Notes: generated from the sequence alone by a model not told the origin. Shown: positions 11,980-21,091, counted from the stretch's first letter. The stretch is DNA of 64,000 nucleotides from Roseibacillus sp. (GCA_051251855.1 JBPOGI010000001.1:416001-480000); one strand, 5' to 3'. A program made the numbers and translations.

Positions 11980-12398
11980 TGCTCTTGAGATTTGAGTTGG
12001 TTGAGTGAGTCGGCTTCTTCGAGATTTGCCGCCTTGAGGTAGTTGAGGAGATCTTGTTCTTCTGCTGGGCTGAGTCCTGCATTCCAAGACATGTGGGGGA
12101 CGATTTTGGTCCAGCCTTCGTCAGAGACATCCTGCGGGAATTTCTTGCGATGGCATTCTCCGCATTTGCGCATGTAGAGGCCCCAACCGTCTTGGAGCTT
12201 TTCCAATGAGATACCACTCTTGGTGGCCATGGCGGTATTGGGCATGTCCCTGAGGGGATCGGGTTCCGGTGGGGCTGGCTTAGGCAGTGGCGCGCAACCG
12301 TTGATGATGAGGGTGCTGCCGCAGAGGGCGAGAAGTGTTGCGAGAGAAAGACAGGAATTCTTGGTGAGCGAAGGGGTAAAGTCTTGACGGTGGATCAT
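11976..12398 (-). CDS. Monoheme c-type cytochrome lipoprotein
   Basis: Lipobox-like IING|C, CGECH heme motif, W....P.M...AGLS..E...LLNYL. Confidence 0.78.
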   Translation of the reverse strand: MIHRQDFTPSLTKNSCLSLATLLALCGSTLIINGCAPLPKPAPPEPDPLRDMPNTAMATKSGISLEKLQDGWGLYMRKCGECHRKKFPQDVSDEGWTKIVPHMSWNAGLSPAEEQDLLNYLKAANLEEADSLNQLKSQEQ

Positions 12399-12453
12399 GA
12401 TGAAGTGTGTTTGAGTTGAGAGAGGTTAGGGCTGGCGGGAGATTTTTTTTATT

Positions 12454-12981
12454 CTAAGGCATTCTCGTGAGGATATTGGTCATTCCGCAGGTGTCGGTAA
12501 TGCCGCCAAAGGCGAGTCCCGCTCCGGCGAAGGCTGGGAGGAGAAATAAGAGAGGGTGAATGTAGTAGGAGAGCAGGGCGCTGATGAGAGCGAGCAGACC
12601 TAAGACGCGAATTTGTCGATCGAGTGAGAATAGGTCGTTCTCATCCTTGTGCACCAGATGCCCTGTGCTGGTCCATGCCTCGATTCCTCCCGTCAATACG
12701 CGTGTATCTTCCCAGCCTGCTTCTGTGAGTTCGTGTTGCGCGCTCTTGGCTTCTTGAGCGTCACTACAAACGAGGATGAGAGTTTTTCCCTGCGACCGAG
12801 ATTTATGGCTTTCGTTAGGTATGAGGCGCTCTAAAGGAATGTTCAGGCCTCCCTCTGTATGGAACGAGGTAAATTCTGTTGAAGGGCGCACATCAACGAG
12901 GAGGAGGGAGTCTCTCGAAGTTACCAGGTGATCCGAAAGGTCGTTTGGAGAGATGGGTGGAGAGAGTGTTTGCAGATTCAT
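12454..12981 (-). CDS. Rhodanese domain + DUF2892 membrane protein (YgaP-like); probable premature TAG at the terminal Trp
   Basis: LVDVRP..EF..H..G..NIP, LVC, LTGGIEAW, LDRQIR, GAGL.F.GITDTCGM..IL..MP. Confidence 0.82.
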   Translation of the reverse strand: MNLQTLSPPISPNDLSDHLVTSRDSLLLVDVRPSTEFTSFHTEGGLNIPLERLIPNESHKSRSQGKTLILVCSDAQEAKSAQHELTEAGWEDTRVLTGGIEAWTSTGHLVHKDENDLFSLDRQIRVLGLLALISALLSYYIHPLLFLLPAFAGAGLAFGGITDTCGMTNILTRMP

Positions 12982-13347
12982 GACTTTTTTGGCGTTAAGG
13001 AATCATCCGTTAAGGTCCTGAAGGGTTCGTGTTGAGTGAGTCTGTTCGGATTCGATGCGTGTTGATGCGGGCTCTGAGCCTCTCATCGAACTTGAATCGT
13101 AGACGGTTCTGGGATCGGGACTCTGCAATTCCTGTCTATCAGTGTGCGCATATTGTCGGCTGCAGATGTGCGTGAATTTGCTGGGGGCTACATTCAGTTC
13201 GCCTTTCATTTCACGCTGCCCCACGCCAGCGGGATGAACCGCACCGGATATGGTCTTTCTGTTCTAGTTCAGCGAGAGTCTAGCAAGCAGAAGACCACTC
13301 GGCTCACGAGTTGAAGAAGCTTCTGAAATCCTTCGCTTCAACCTATT

Positions 13348-13389
13348 ACAGGATATGGGGGCTCAGTCACAGGATATAGGGGCTCAGTC
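13348..13389. repeat. 21-bp tandem duplication
   Basis: acaggatatgggggctcagtc followed by acaggatataggggctcagtc (1 mismatch). Confidence 0.85.
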
Positions 13390-13658
13390 GTGATGAGCCG
13401 TAGAAGTGTTGGAAGTGCAATCCATGGTCGTCAAAGAGCAAGTGCGACTTGGTCGACGGGTGTTGAAAGGAGAAGACGTCACTGATGAAATCGCACTGGC
13501 TAATGAGAGTGTGGGGCAGGTTGAGGCTTGGACTCAGGGGCAGAAGGTGGTGGCCATATTTATCAACGAGTCTGCTCCCCCCATCATTTTTCTCAATAGC
13601 TTGCGCCTCCTTTTCCGTACGTGATTTGACAACTGACTAAGGATAACTTCCTAGGTGT

Positions 13659-14558
13659 TTAAGAAGTCGGGCTCAGACTGCGAACTGCCAAGACAGATAC
13701 CGGAGAATCGTGCATCAAGCGTTCAGCATTGGTGCCGAGGAAGTGACTCATCATGGGTGAATGCCCGCGTGTGCCCAGGACGATCAAGTCGGCTTCGACT
13801 TTCTTAATTTGGGCCGTGATCGCAATGGAGGGACAGACGGACTCGAGGATGGTAATGGAATATTCAAACTGAGAGAGAGCTTCGAGGTGAGGAGCAATGA
13901 ACGTTTTCATCAGGCTGTCGACTCGAGAACGACACTCTTCCTGATAGGTTTCGGATGCCGCCATCTTGTGTTCTAGGACTTCGCCCCAAACATCTTGCGC
14001 TGGAGGATACATCGTGTGAACTATGTGCAGCTCTGCGCCTTCCTTTAATGCAGTTGCGATGGCCCGCTCAAGAGCCAATGCGGAGGTTGCCGAAAAGTCG
14101 GTGCAAATCATCACCCGTTTAAAGTTCCCACGTTGCTTCCTTCGCAACACCATGACATCACACTGAACCGTTCGCACGCAGCGGGAGGCGATGGCCCCCA
14201 TGCGGCTCTTAGTGGTATCGTTCGCAGCGATAACAAGGAGACTTGCGTGAGTTTCTTCCACGCATTTTTGAATCTGTTTCCCCGGATGTCCGACGCGAAT
14301 CATGTTCTCGGGAGGCTCTACTGAGGTGTGTTTCTTTAGCCAAGATTCGAGGCGAGATTTAGCATTCAGGACGAGAGTTTTGATTTCTGGATCTTCCGAA
14401 TCCTTGGCCTTTACGCCCGGTAATCGGTTCTCATCTAATATGTGTAGCGCGATGACAGGAGCGGAGTTCGAAGCCGAGACGTAGAGCGAGTGATGCAAGA
14501 CTGATGGTGATGATTGCGAGAAATCGATGGCGGCGATTATGGGGTTGGCTTCTTTCAT
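13659..14558 (-). CDS. Universal stress protein, tandem USP domains
   Basis: IIAAIDFS..S, ICTDFS..S, DLIVLGTRG.S....FLGTNAERL....PVSVLAV. Confidence 0.92.
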   Translation of the reverse strand: MKEANPIIAAIDFSQSSPSVLHHSLYVSASNSAPVIALHILDENRLPGVKAKDSEDPEIKTLVLNAKSRLESWLKKHTSVEPPENMIRVGHPGKQIQKCVEETHASLLVIAANDTTKSRMGAIASRCVRTVQCDVMVLRRKQRGNFKRVMICTDFSATSALALERAIATALKEGAELHIVHTMYPPAQDVWGEVLEHKMAASETYQEECRSRVDSLMKTFIAPHLEALSQFEYSITILESVCPSIAITAQIKKVEADLIVLGTRGHSPMMSHFLGTNAERLMHDSPVSVLAVRSLSPTS

Positions 14559-14578
14559 CGTGTCTGTGTGTCTAGGGA

Positions 14579-14755
14579 TTATGTTTTACGAAGGCTGCGT
14601 AGTCGAAGGCGAATTTGTTTTTTGGTTTCGATAGTGAGAAAAAGGTGGATTCCAACTCCCGCAATGTCGAAGACAGCTCGAAGAGGGGGCAGGGAGGTGA
14701 TGAAGAACTGAGCGAAGGTAGTGACGATGGCGGTGAGACAGACTGTCTTGGTGCT
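14579..14755 (-). pseudogene. 3' remnant of cation-transporting P-type ATPase
   Basis: Manual translation STKTVCLTAIVTTFAQFFITSLPPLRAVFDIAGVGIHLFLTIETKKQIRLRLRSLRKT*, resembling the 'AQFAITYLPPLQ.VF...GVG..LF..IE.EKQ.R' C-terminus; no start codon. Confidence 0.6.
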
Positions 14756-14766
14756 GCTAAATGAGC

Positions 14767-14966
14767 TTAAGGCGTTATTGCGATTTTGAGGACGCCGTCT
14801 CTTTGGTTGGCGAAGAGCTCGTAGGCCTCTTCGATCTGTTCGAGATTGAAGCGATGGGTAATGATCGGGGTGACATCAAGACGCTCCGAGGCGACGAAGT
14901 TCATCAGCCGTCGCATCCGTTCCTTGCCGCCGGGGCAAAGGGAAGTAAGGAAGTAACGAGCTTATG
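14767..14966 (-). pseudogene. 3' remnant of Zn-dependent NAD(P) alcohol dehydrogenase, frameshifted
   Basis: HKLVTS/LCPGGKERMRRLMNFVASERLDVTPIITHRFNLEQIEEAYELFANQRDGVLKIAITP*; 8-bp duplication at 14941-14956. Confidence 0.82.
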
Positions 14967-15091
14967 AAAGGGTATATGGGCGAGGTGCTGGATGGTCTTG
15001 TTCGGGTTGTTTGTCCGGAGATACACTCGGGAGTTTAGGTAAAGCTCTTCTCGGGAGGGTTGAGTGTGCGAATACAGAACACATTCTTAAT

Positions 15092-15116
15092 CTATCTTTG
15101 TAGTCTACAAAGATAG
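15092..15116. promoter_or_regulatory. Perfect 12-1-12 palindrome (operator or recombination site)
   Basis: ctatctttgtag-t-ctacaaagatag. Confidence 0.5.
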
Positions 15117-15298
15117 GTGTTCATCTCGCTGTCGAAAGACACTGGATCTTTGATTCCTAAGACTACACGGCAGAGGATTTCCCTGCAGTGTAAGACGGTC
15201 GGGAGCCGTCATGAGAGCCTCCTAAGAGAAGTGGGGATTCTTTCGACTCTGAGAAATCCGAGAGAAGAAGTTCTAGAATCCACTAAGGATTAAAGAAG

Positions 15299-15381
15299 TG
15301 GGCAGGGATGGATTCGAACCAACGTACACTTTCGTGAGCAGATTTACAGTCTGCCGCCTTTAACCACTCGGCCACCTACCC
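15299..15381 (-). tRNA. tRNA-Tyr(GTA), CCA not encoded
   Basis: GGGTAGGTGGCCGAGTGGTTAAAGGCGGCAGACTGTAAATCTGCTCACGAAAGTGTACGTTGGTTCGAATCCATCCCTGCCCA; cloverleaf with long variable arm. Confidence 0.96.
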
Positions 15382-15500
15382 GGTTGAAGAGGGTGCGCTA
15401 TGCGCGGAGAGGGGAGATAGGTTTGAGGTCGGATTTTTACAAGGCAAATCTTGGAAAAATGTGTGTCTTCTTCTTTGAGAAAGAGCGGTCCTTGGAAGTA

Positions 15501-16406
15501 TCAGCTCCGATGTGTGAGCCAGAGGGCTTTGAGGTAGGGTTCGCCGGTGAAGTCGGGGGGCATATCGGCGGCTTCCAGGATGGTGCCGCGTGGTTGGTGG
15601 CGGGTGAGCTGGCGGCGAAAGGCTTCTTCGTCCATTTTGCGGCAGTTGGTTGAGCTGAGGATCCAGCCGCCAGGGGTTAGGCAGGAGAGGGCCAGGGAAA
15701 AGAGGTCGCAGTAGTCTTTTTCGACGCTGAAGACGTTGCCTTGTTTGTCGCGGGAGAAAGTGGGGGGATCTAGGATGATACCGTTGAATTTGCGGCCTTG
15801 TTTGGCGAAGCGTTTGAGCCAGTGGAAGGTGTCGCCTTTGCAAAAGTAGTGGTCGGCGGGGTCGAGGTTGTTGAGGCGGAAGTTGTCTTTGGCCCACTCG
15901 AGGTAGGGCTGAGAGAGGTCGAGGGTGGTTGTGGTGGCTCCGCCGAGAGCGGCGCAGACGGAGAAGGCTCCGGTGTAGGCGAAGGTGTTGAGGACGGTGT
16001 CGCCAGGTTGGGTGAGATCGCGCACGCGCTGGCGGTTGTGGCGTTGGTCGAGGAAGATGCCTTGGGAGTAGCCGGCGGTGAAGTCGATGCGGTAGCTAAT
16101 GCCGTTTTCGAGGATGGAGAAGGGGTCGTCGGCAGTGGGGCCGGCGAGGTGATGGGGGGCGGTCTTCTGGTTTTGGTCGAGGTGCTTCCAGTAGAGCGTT
16201 TTGTTGAGGGCGATGAGCTCGCTTTTGAGGGCGGGTGTGAGGAGGTGGTCGTGGCGAGTGGAGAGCAACCAGCGATCTGCATAGCTCTCGAGAAAGAGAT
16301 CGGGGAAGCCGTCACCAGCTCCGTCTAACAGGCGGAGAGCGTTGGTGTCGGTGGTTACAAGATTCTTGCGCTTGGTGAGGGCGGTTTGGAGAGAAGAGAG
16401 CGGCAC
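15501..16406 (-). CDS. Class I SAM-dependent rRNA methyltransferase (RlmI/RlmK-like)
   Basis: GIFLDQRHNR, LNTFAYTGAFSV, ILDPPTF; GTG overlaps upstream TAG, start uncertain. Confidence 0.87.
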   Translation of the reverse strand: MPLSSLQTALTKRKNLVTTDTNALRLLDGAGDGFPDLFLESYADRWLLSTRHDHLLTPALKSELIALNKTLYWKHLDQNQKTAPHHLAGPTADDPFSILENGISYRIDFTAGYSQGIFLDQRHNRQRVRDLTQPGDTVLNTFAYTGAFSVCAALGGATTTTLDLSQPYLEWAKDNFRLNNLDPADHYFCKGDTFHWLKRFAKQGRKFNGIILDPPTFSRDKQGNVFSVEKDYCDLFSLALSCLTPGGWILSSTNCRKMDEEAFRRQLTRHQPRGTILEAADMPPDFTGEPYLKALWLTHRS

Positions 16407-17347
16407 TACTTTTGGGGGGCGAATTGGAAGGTGGCGATTATGGGGCTGTGGTCGGAGCCGGTGCGAGGACCGATTTCGCGGGAGCGACAAATCAGGTCTT
16501 CGCTATAGAGAATGTGGTCGATGGGGATGCCGAGAAGGGGGTGGTAGCGATTCCATGTGACGGGGTATCCTCGGCCGCGGGAACTGTCTTTGAGCTCGGC
16601 GTCAAGGGGGCGAAAGCTGGGGGAGTAGGCGGTGCAGTTGAAGTCGCCGACGACGATAATAGGAGCGTTGCGAGTGCGGGTCTCTTCGGCGATTCGTTGC
16701 AGGGTTGCTTGGTTGGAGCGAGCGGTGGCTGGGGTGCGAGGAGGGAGGGTGTGGGTGTTGATAAGGTTGAGCTTGCGACCTTGGAATTGGATGAGTGCGC
16801 GGATGTGGGGAGTGGCGTATTTCTTGTTGGTATCGACGATGGAGTCGAGAATGGGGTGTTTGGAATAAAGCAGAATACCGAAGTTGTCGCTGCGTGGGTG
16901 TTCGACGACGTAAGGGTAGCGGGTTCGGAGCGGGGAAAGGGCGTTGACCCACTCGCGGCTGGTTTCTTGGAGGAGGAGGAAGTCGGGGTCGTGTTTTTGG
17001 ATGAGGGCTAAGACGTCGGTGTGGCGGTGATTTCGGGTGAGGACGTTGTAGGTGAGGACCTTGAACTCGGGGCCAGTTCCCTTTCGGTTGTCTTTGGTGA
17101 AGGGGAGGTAGTGACGGCTGAGCGGTTGTAGTTGAATCACTAACAGGCAAGCAACGATGAGGGCACTTTTGGGAAGTTTGGCAAGAAGTAGGAAGAGGAG
17201 GAGGGCGCCAAACCCTAGGGCGCAGGGGAGGCGAAAATGAGTGAGGAGGTCCAGAGCCCAGTGCCATCGGGCGAAAAGCATGGCGAGGGTGAGTGCTACG
17301 GCTGCGATGGTGAGGCTTCGAAGAAGGAATCGAAGGAATGGAGTCAT
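16406..17347 (-). CDS. Endonuclease/exonuclease/phosphatase family membrane protein
   Basis: N-terminal TM helices, TYNV, LLLQE, GDFN, IDHIL, GSDHSPI. Confidence 0.88.
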   Translation of the reverse strand: MTPFLRFLLRSLTIAAVALTLAMLFARWHWALDLLTHFRLPCALGFGALLLFLLLAKLPKSALIVACLLVIQLQPLSRHYLPFTKDNRKGTGPEFKVLTYNVLTRNHRHTDVLALIQKHDPDFLLLQETSREWVNALSPLRTRYPYVVEHPRSDNFGILLYSKHPILDSIVDTNKKYATPHIRALIQFQGRKLNLINTHTLPPRTPATARSNQATLQRIAEETRTRNAPIIVVGDFNCTAYSPSFRPLDAELKDSSRGRGYPVTWNRYHPLLGIPIDHILYSEDLICRSREIGPRTGSDHSPIIATFQFAPQK

Positions 17348-17409
17348 TTTAGGGGAATGCGAAGTTGTTTTTATTGGCACGGCGGCAGTTTTCGCCCAGA
17401 ACTCTGAGC

Positions 17410-19104
17410 GTGAATCAAACGGTAGCAAGAGTTTTGACGACGCTGGTGGTAGCGTTCTTTGCTGTCTTCTTTATTTATCCGGCATTGATGGTCTTGGGTG
17501 AGGCGTTCTGGACTAAGGAAACGGGGTTCACGCTCGCTTTTGTGGGTGAAATTTTTTCAAACCCTCTTTATTTGGAGGGATTGTGGAATGCCTTTGCGTT
17601 GGGAATTTGTAGCACCGCGGCAAGTTTAGCGCTGGCGTTCCCTTTGGCGTTGGTGGCGCATCGGTATCTCTTTCCTGGTAAGAGTATTTTGAGCGCTTTG
17701 GTTTTGATTCCATTGGTTTTGCCTCCGTTTGTCGGGGCGGTGGGGGTGAAGCAAATTTTGGGTGTTCAAGGGTCGCTGAATGCATTCTTAATCGATCTGG
17801 GGATGATGAGCGCGCAGGCGCCATACGATTGGTTGGGTGAATCTCGGTTTCTGGGAATCGTGATTATGAATGCGCTGCATCTTTATCCGATTCTGTTTAT
17901 GAACATTGCGGCGGCGCTGGCTCACCTCGATCCAGCGATGGAGGAGGCCGCGGAAAATTTGGGAGCGGGTCCTTGGAAGCGGTTGTGGCGTATTACGCTA
18001 CCACTTTGCACGCCGGGTATTTTTGCAGGAGGGGCGATTGTCTTTATCTGGTCGTTTACGGAGTTGGGAGTGCCCTTGGTGTTCGATTACACGCGGGTGG
18101 CTCCTGTGCAGGTTTTTGATGGCATCAAGGACTTGGGGAATAATCCGTTCCCTTATGCGTTGGTGGCGATCATGTTGTTGGTCTCTTCGACGGTGTTCTT
18201 GGCCTCAAAGAAGTTGTTGGGGAAATCGAATCTAGGCAAAGCGCCTCGTCCTAAGGGGCGGAGCTCGGAGAAGCCCATTTCGGGATGGAAGGGTTGGGCT
18301 TGCTCGGGGTTGTTTGTATTTGTTTTTCTGATTGCTTCCGTTCCTCATCTTGGAGTGATTTTCTCGTCTTTGGCAGGGGATTGGTATGCCACCGTTCTTC
18401 CTGAGCGCTTCACTTTGGAACATTATGAGGAGGCTCTTGGGCACCCTCTGGTGGTGCCTTCTATTCAGAATAGTTTGATTTATGCGGGACTGGCGACGCT
18501 GGTGGATATCGTGTTGGGGGTGGCAATTGCATGGGTGGTGGTGAGGTCCAATATCAAGGGGCGCGGTTTGCTGGATGCTTTGGTGATGCTGCCTTTGGCT
18601 GTGCCGGGATTGGTGTTGGCGTTTGGATATCTGGCGCTTTCACAGGAGGGCCGGGCGTTTCACTTTTTGGTCGGAGATTTGGGGAATCCAATTGTTCTGC
18701 TGGTGATTGCATATGCGGTACGACGCTTGCCGTATGTGGTGCGAGCGGCGGTGGCTGGATTGGAGCAAAGTAATATCCAGTTGGAGGAGGCGGCACGGAG
18801 TTTGGGTGCTGGTCCACTCAGGACTTTGAAGAGAATCAGTCTTCCGCTGATTGGGGCAAATGTGGTGGCGGGTGCTATTCTAGCTTTTGCTTTTGCGATG
18901 CTGGAGGTGAGCGATTCGCTGATTTTGGCCCAGCAGAGGGAGCATTTTCCGATTACTAAGGCGATTTACGCACTCCTGGGAACGCTGGGCAACGGGCATG
19001 AACTTGCGGCAGCGTTAGGGGTTTGGGCGATGGTCTTTCTAGGAATTTCGATTGTGGGAGCGGTTTTGTTGGGCGGGAAGAAGGGCGGGCTTTTCAAGCT
19101 CTAG
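17410..19104 (+). CDS. Iron(III)/thiamine-type ABC transporter permease (FbpB-like, fused duplicate domains)
   Basis: Two EAA loops (MEEAAENLGA, LEEAARSLGA), about 12 TM helices. Confidence 0.88.
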   Translation: MNQTVARVLTTLVVAFFAVFFIYPALMVLGEAFWTKETGFTLAFVGEIFSNPLYLEGLWNAFALGICSTAASLALAFPLALVAHRYLFPGKSILSALVLIPLVLPPFVGAVGVKQILGVQGSLNAFLIDLGMMSAQAPYDWLGESRFLGIVIMNALHLYPILFMNIAAALAHLDPAMEEAAENLGAGPWKRLWRITLPLCTPGIFAGGAIVFIWSFTELGVPLVFDYTRVAPVQVFDGIKDLGNNPFPYALVAIMLLVSSTVFLASKKLLGKSNLGKAPRPKGRSSEKPISGWKGWACSGLFVFVFLIASVPHLGVIFSSLAGDWYATVLPERFTLEHYEEALGHPLVVPSIQNSLIYAGLATLVDIVLGVAIAWVVVRSNIKGRGLLDALVMLPLAVPGLVLAFGYLALSQEGRAFHFLVGDLGNPIVLLVIAYAVRRLPYVVRAAVAGLEQSNIQLEEAARSLGAGPLRTLKRISLPLIGANVVAGAILAFAFAMLEVSDSLILAQQREHFPITKAIYALLGTLGNGHELAAALGVWAMVFLGISIVGAVLLGGKKGGLFKL

Positions 19105-19217
19105 GAGTGCTTTGGGCTGGAGTCGGAGTGGTATCTCCTTGGGCGAGATTCTTTCAGATTGACGGGGGAAAGTGCTCTGTCAGGCTGACGCGATTCTTCG
19201 TAAATATGCCCTGATTT

Positions 19218-20177
19218 GTGATGGGGGCAGCGACGAGAACAGTTCAACCTAGCCGAATGGCTGCAATCACGATGATCGAACAACAACTTCCCTTTGCTGA
19301 TGAGAAGGCTTCTTCTGATTGGAAGACTATCGACGATAGAGTTTCCAAGGTTGAGGCGAAAGGTGAGGTCATGGAGGCTAAAAGGCTGGCTGCGAGCGCG
19401 GTGCAAGAGGCGCGTGAGGCTGAGAATGGAAACAGCAAGAACGCGGGACAATTGCTCCATTGTTTGGAAGTGAGAGCGAATCTCTTTAACCGCCAAGGAG
19501 ACTTTGGTTCGGCAAAGGACGACTATCTGGAGGCGATTTCGTTAGTGGCAGGTAAGTCGGGTCAGGAGGGAACTGTGGGGCGGCTTTACGGGAACTTGGG
19601 ATATCTTTTTGAGTCGACCGAAGACGAGGATAATGCTGTCGACGCCTATGAACGGGCTTTAGAGCAGTTGGGACGCTTACGGCAGCCCTCTGTGGTGGAG
19701 GAAGTAAGACTCTCGAACAATCTCGCTTTCATCTACTCGGCGCGTGACGATTTCGATCAGGCTGAGACTCTTTTCTTGAAGGCGCTCAAATTGGCTCACG
19801 ACAAGTTGGGAGCTTCCGACCCGGATTCTACTGGAGTCTTCAATAATATCGGGGCGCTTTATCAAAAGGCAGGTCACTTGGAGCAGGCTAAGGAGATGCA
19901 CCAAATGGCTCTGGATGGTCGCAAAGAAGATGGCGGCAGCCGCGGAGATATCGGGCAGTCACACGGGAACTTGGCAATTGTCTTTGCTGAAGAAGGTGAT
20001 GAGAAGCAGGCGCGGTCTCACTTTGAGTCGGCACTCTCGAGCTTCCAAAGCGCAGGTGCGGACTTCAGTGAGGACTTTGAAGCCGTCTGTGGAAACTATC
20101 TACAGCTTCTTGCCAACGTGGGTGATGTTGAAAGTAAAAGCCGGGTGCAGAGCTTACTTGAGAAGGGCTTGAAGTAA
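19218..20177 (+). CDS. Tetratricopeptide repeat protein
   Basis: Repeated NNLA/NNIGALY/GNLAIV TPR motifs; start uncertain. Confidence 0.8.
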   Translation: MMGAATRTVQPSRMAAITMIEQQLPFADEKASSDWKTIDDRVSKVEAKGEVMEAKRLAASAVQEAREAENGNSKNAGQLLHCLEVRANLFNRQGDFGSAKDDYLEAISLVAGKSGQEGTVGRLYGNLGYLFESTEDEDNAVDAYERALEQLGRLRQPSVVEEVRLSNNLAFIYSARDDFDQAETLFLKALKLAHDKLGASDPDSTGVFNNIGALYQKAGHLEQAKEMHQMALDGRKEDGGSRGDIGQSHGNLAIVFAEEGDEKQARSHFESALSSFQSAGADFSEDFEAVCGNYLQLLANVGDVESKSRVQSLLEKGLK

Positions 20178-20228
20178 GAGGTGCATCCCAAGCAATGCTC
20201 GTGGCCTTGGTAGAACCCTTTCGTTGCT

Positions 20229-20525
20229 GTGAATTTCACTCTCTTGGTTGCGCAAACTCTCATCTACTTAGGAGCGGGACTTGCGGTCTTATTTACGCTT
20301 TTAGGTTTGGGAATGGTTCTGGGGATCGTTCCTGGACGAATCACCATGAAGGATCTTCATCTTCATGACACCTACTATATCATCCTTCCATTTTGGCTCT
20401 ATTTTGTTCCGGTTGTAGGGGCGGGTTTGATTTTAGGAAGCGGTATTTTCATGAAGCGTGCTTACGAGGAGGGAGCAGCTGCTATCGAAGAATTGGTTTC
20501 TCAGGAAAGTTCTCCTGATGCGTAG
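20229..20525 (+). CDS. Hypothetical membrane protein
   Basis: Two hydrophobic helices flanking LHLHDTYYI. Confidence 0.55.
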   Translation: MNFTLLVAQTLIYLGAGLAVLFTLLGLGMVLGIVPGRITMKDLHLHDTYYIILPFWLYFVPVVGAGLILGSGIFMKRAYEEGAAAIEELVSQESSPDA

Positions 20526-20656
20526 TTCCGACAAGGCACCCCGAATCGGTTGGATTGGTTTTCATTAGGAGCTTTTCACGGTTTCTTCATCTCGTGTTCA
20601 TCTGTTCTTCGCATGGCGAAGCGACTCTTTGTTTGTCCGTGAAGGACGATAAGAAT

Positions 20657-20926
20657 ATGAACAAAAATATCAGTGAAGTGTTGAAGCAGGTGAGCGGTTG
20701 GATTTTGCCGGGGTTAGGATTGTTGAATCTTGTGGGGGTTGTGTTGGGGGGAGGGGTGCTCTCTCTCTTTGCAGTGATGGGTTTGCTCGTGGGAGGGAGC
20801 GGAGCCTTCTTCGGCTTTTCTTTCCTTCTCGGTTTTGTGGTAACAATGCTGGGGTTCGTTCTGACCGCGCACCGCTTCTTCCAATTGCAAAAAGAGAACG
20901 AGTTGGTGAAGGCAAAAATCGATTAA
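20657..20926 (+). CDS. Hypothetical membrane protein
   Basis: Gly-rich hydrophobic ORF, ATG preceded by AAGGA. Confidence 0.5.
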   Translation: MNKNISEVLKQVSGWILPGLGLLNLVGVVLGGGVLSLFAVMGLLVGGSGAFFGFSFLLGFVVTMLGFVLTAHRFFQLQKENELVKAKID

Positions 20927-20962
20927 GGTTGAGCCTTTTGAGAGTGGTTACTCATACCTGTA

Positions 20963-21031
20963 TGGGAGTAAGGGATATTCGAATAAGAATCGGAGAAGGT
21001 TGTTCAGGGACAGGAATGTCCCTGTTCCCTA
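20963..21031. repeat. Degenerate REP-like inverted pair
   Basis: gggagtaagggatattc ... cagggacaggaatgtccctgttccc. Confidence 0.35.
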
Positions 21032-21037
21032 GACGTG

Positions 21038-21070
21038 AAAAAGCCGCCGGAATACTCCGGCGGCTCTTTC
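21038..21070. terminator. Intrinsic terminator downstream of rplI (probably bidirectional)
   Basis: aaaaagccgccgga-atac-tccggcggctcttt. Confidence 0.8.
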
Positions 21071-21091
21071 GAAAAAAGGAATTGAAGGCGA

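Noticed and set aside
12454..12456. Possible pyrrolysine or stop read-through at the rhodanese TAG
   Set aside because: No pyl genes seen and other TAGs act as normal stops; a single TGG->TAG change explains it.
13348..13389. Possible CRISPR array
   Set aside because: Only two abutting units, no spacer, no cas genes; no CRISPR array seen anywhere in the window.
13003..13624. Small ORFs 13003-13224 and 13406-13624
   Set aside because: No recognisable motifs or translation signals; probably debris.
15120..15298. Integrase remnant or att duplicate next to tRNA-Tyr
   Set aside because: No recombinase motif found; gagaagtgggga (15226) matches the tRNA end too briefly to call.
17410..19104. ABC permease without neighbouring ATPase or binding protein as a novel system
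   Set aside because: Split ABC loci are common; partners are probably elsewhere in the genome.
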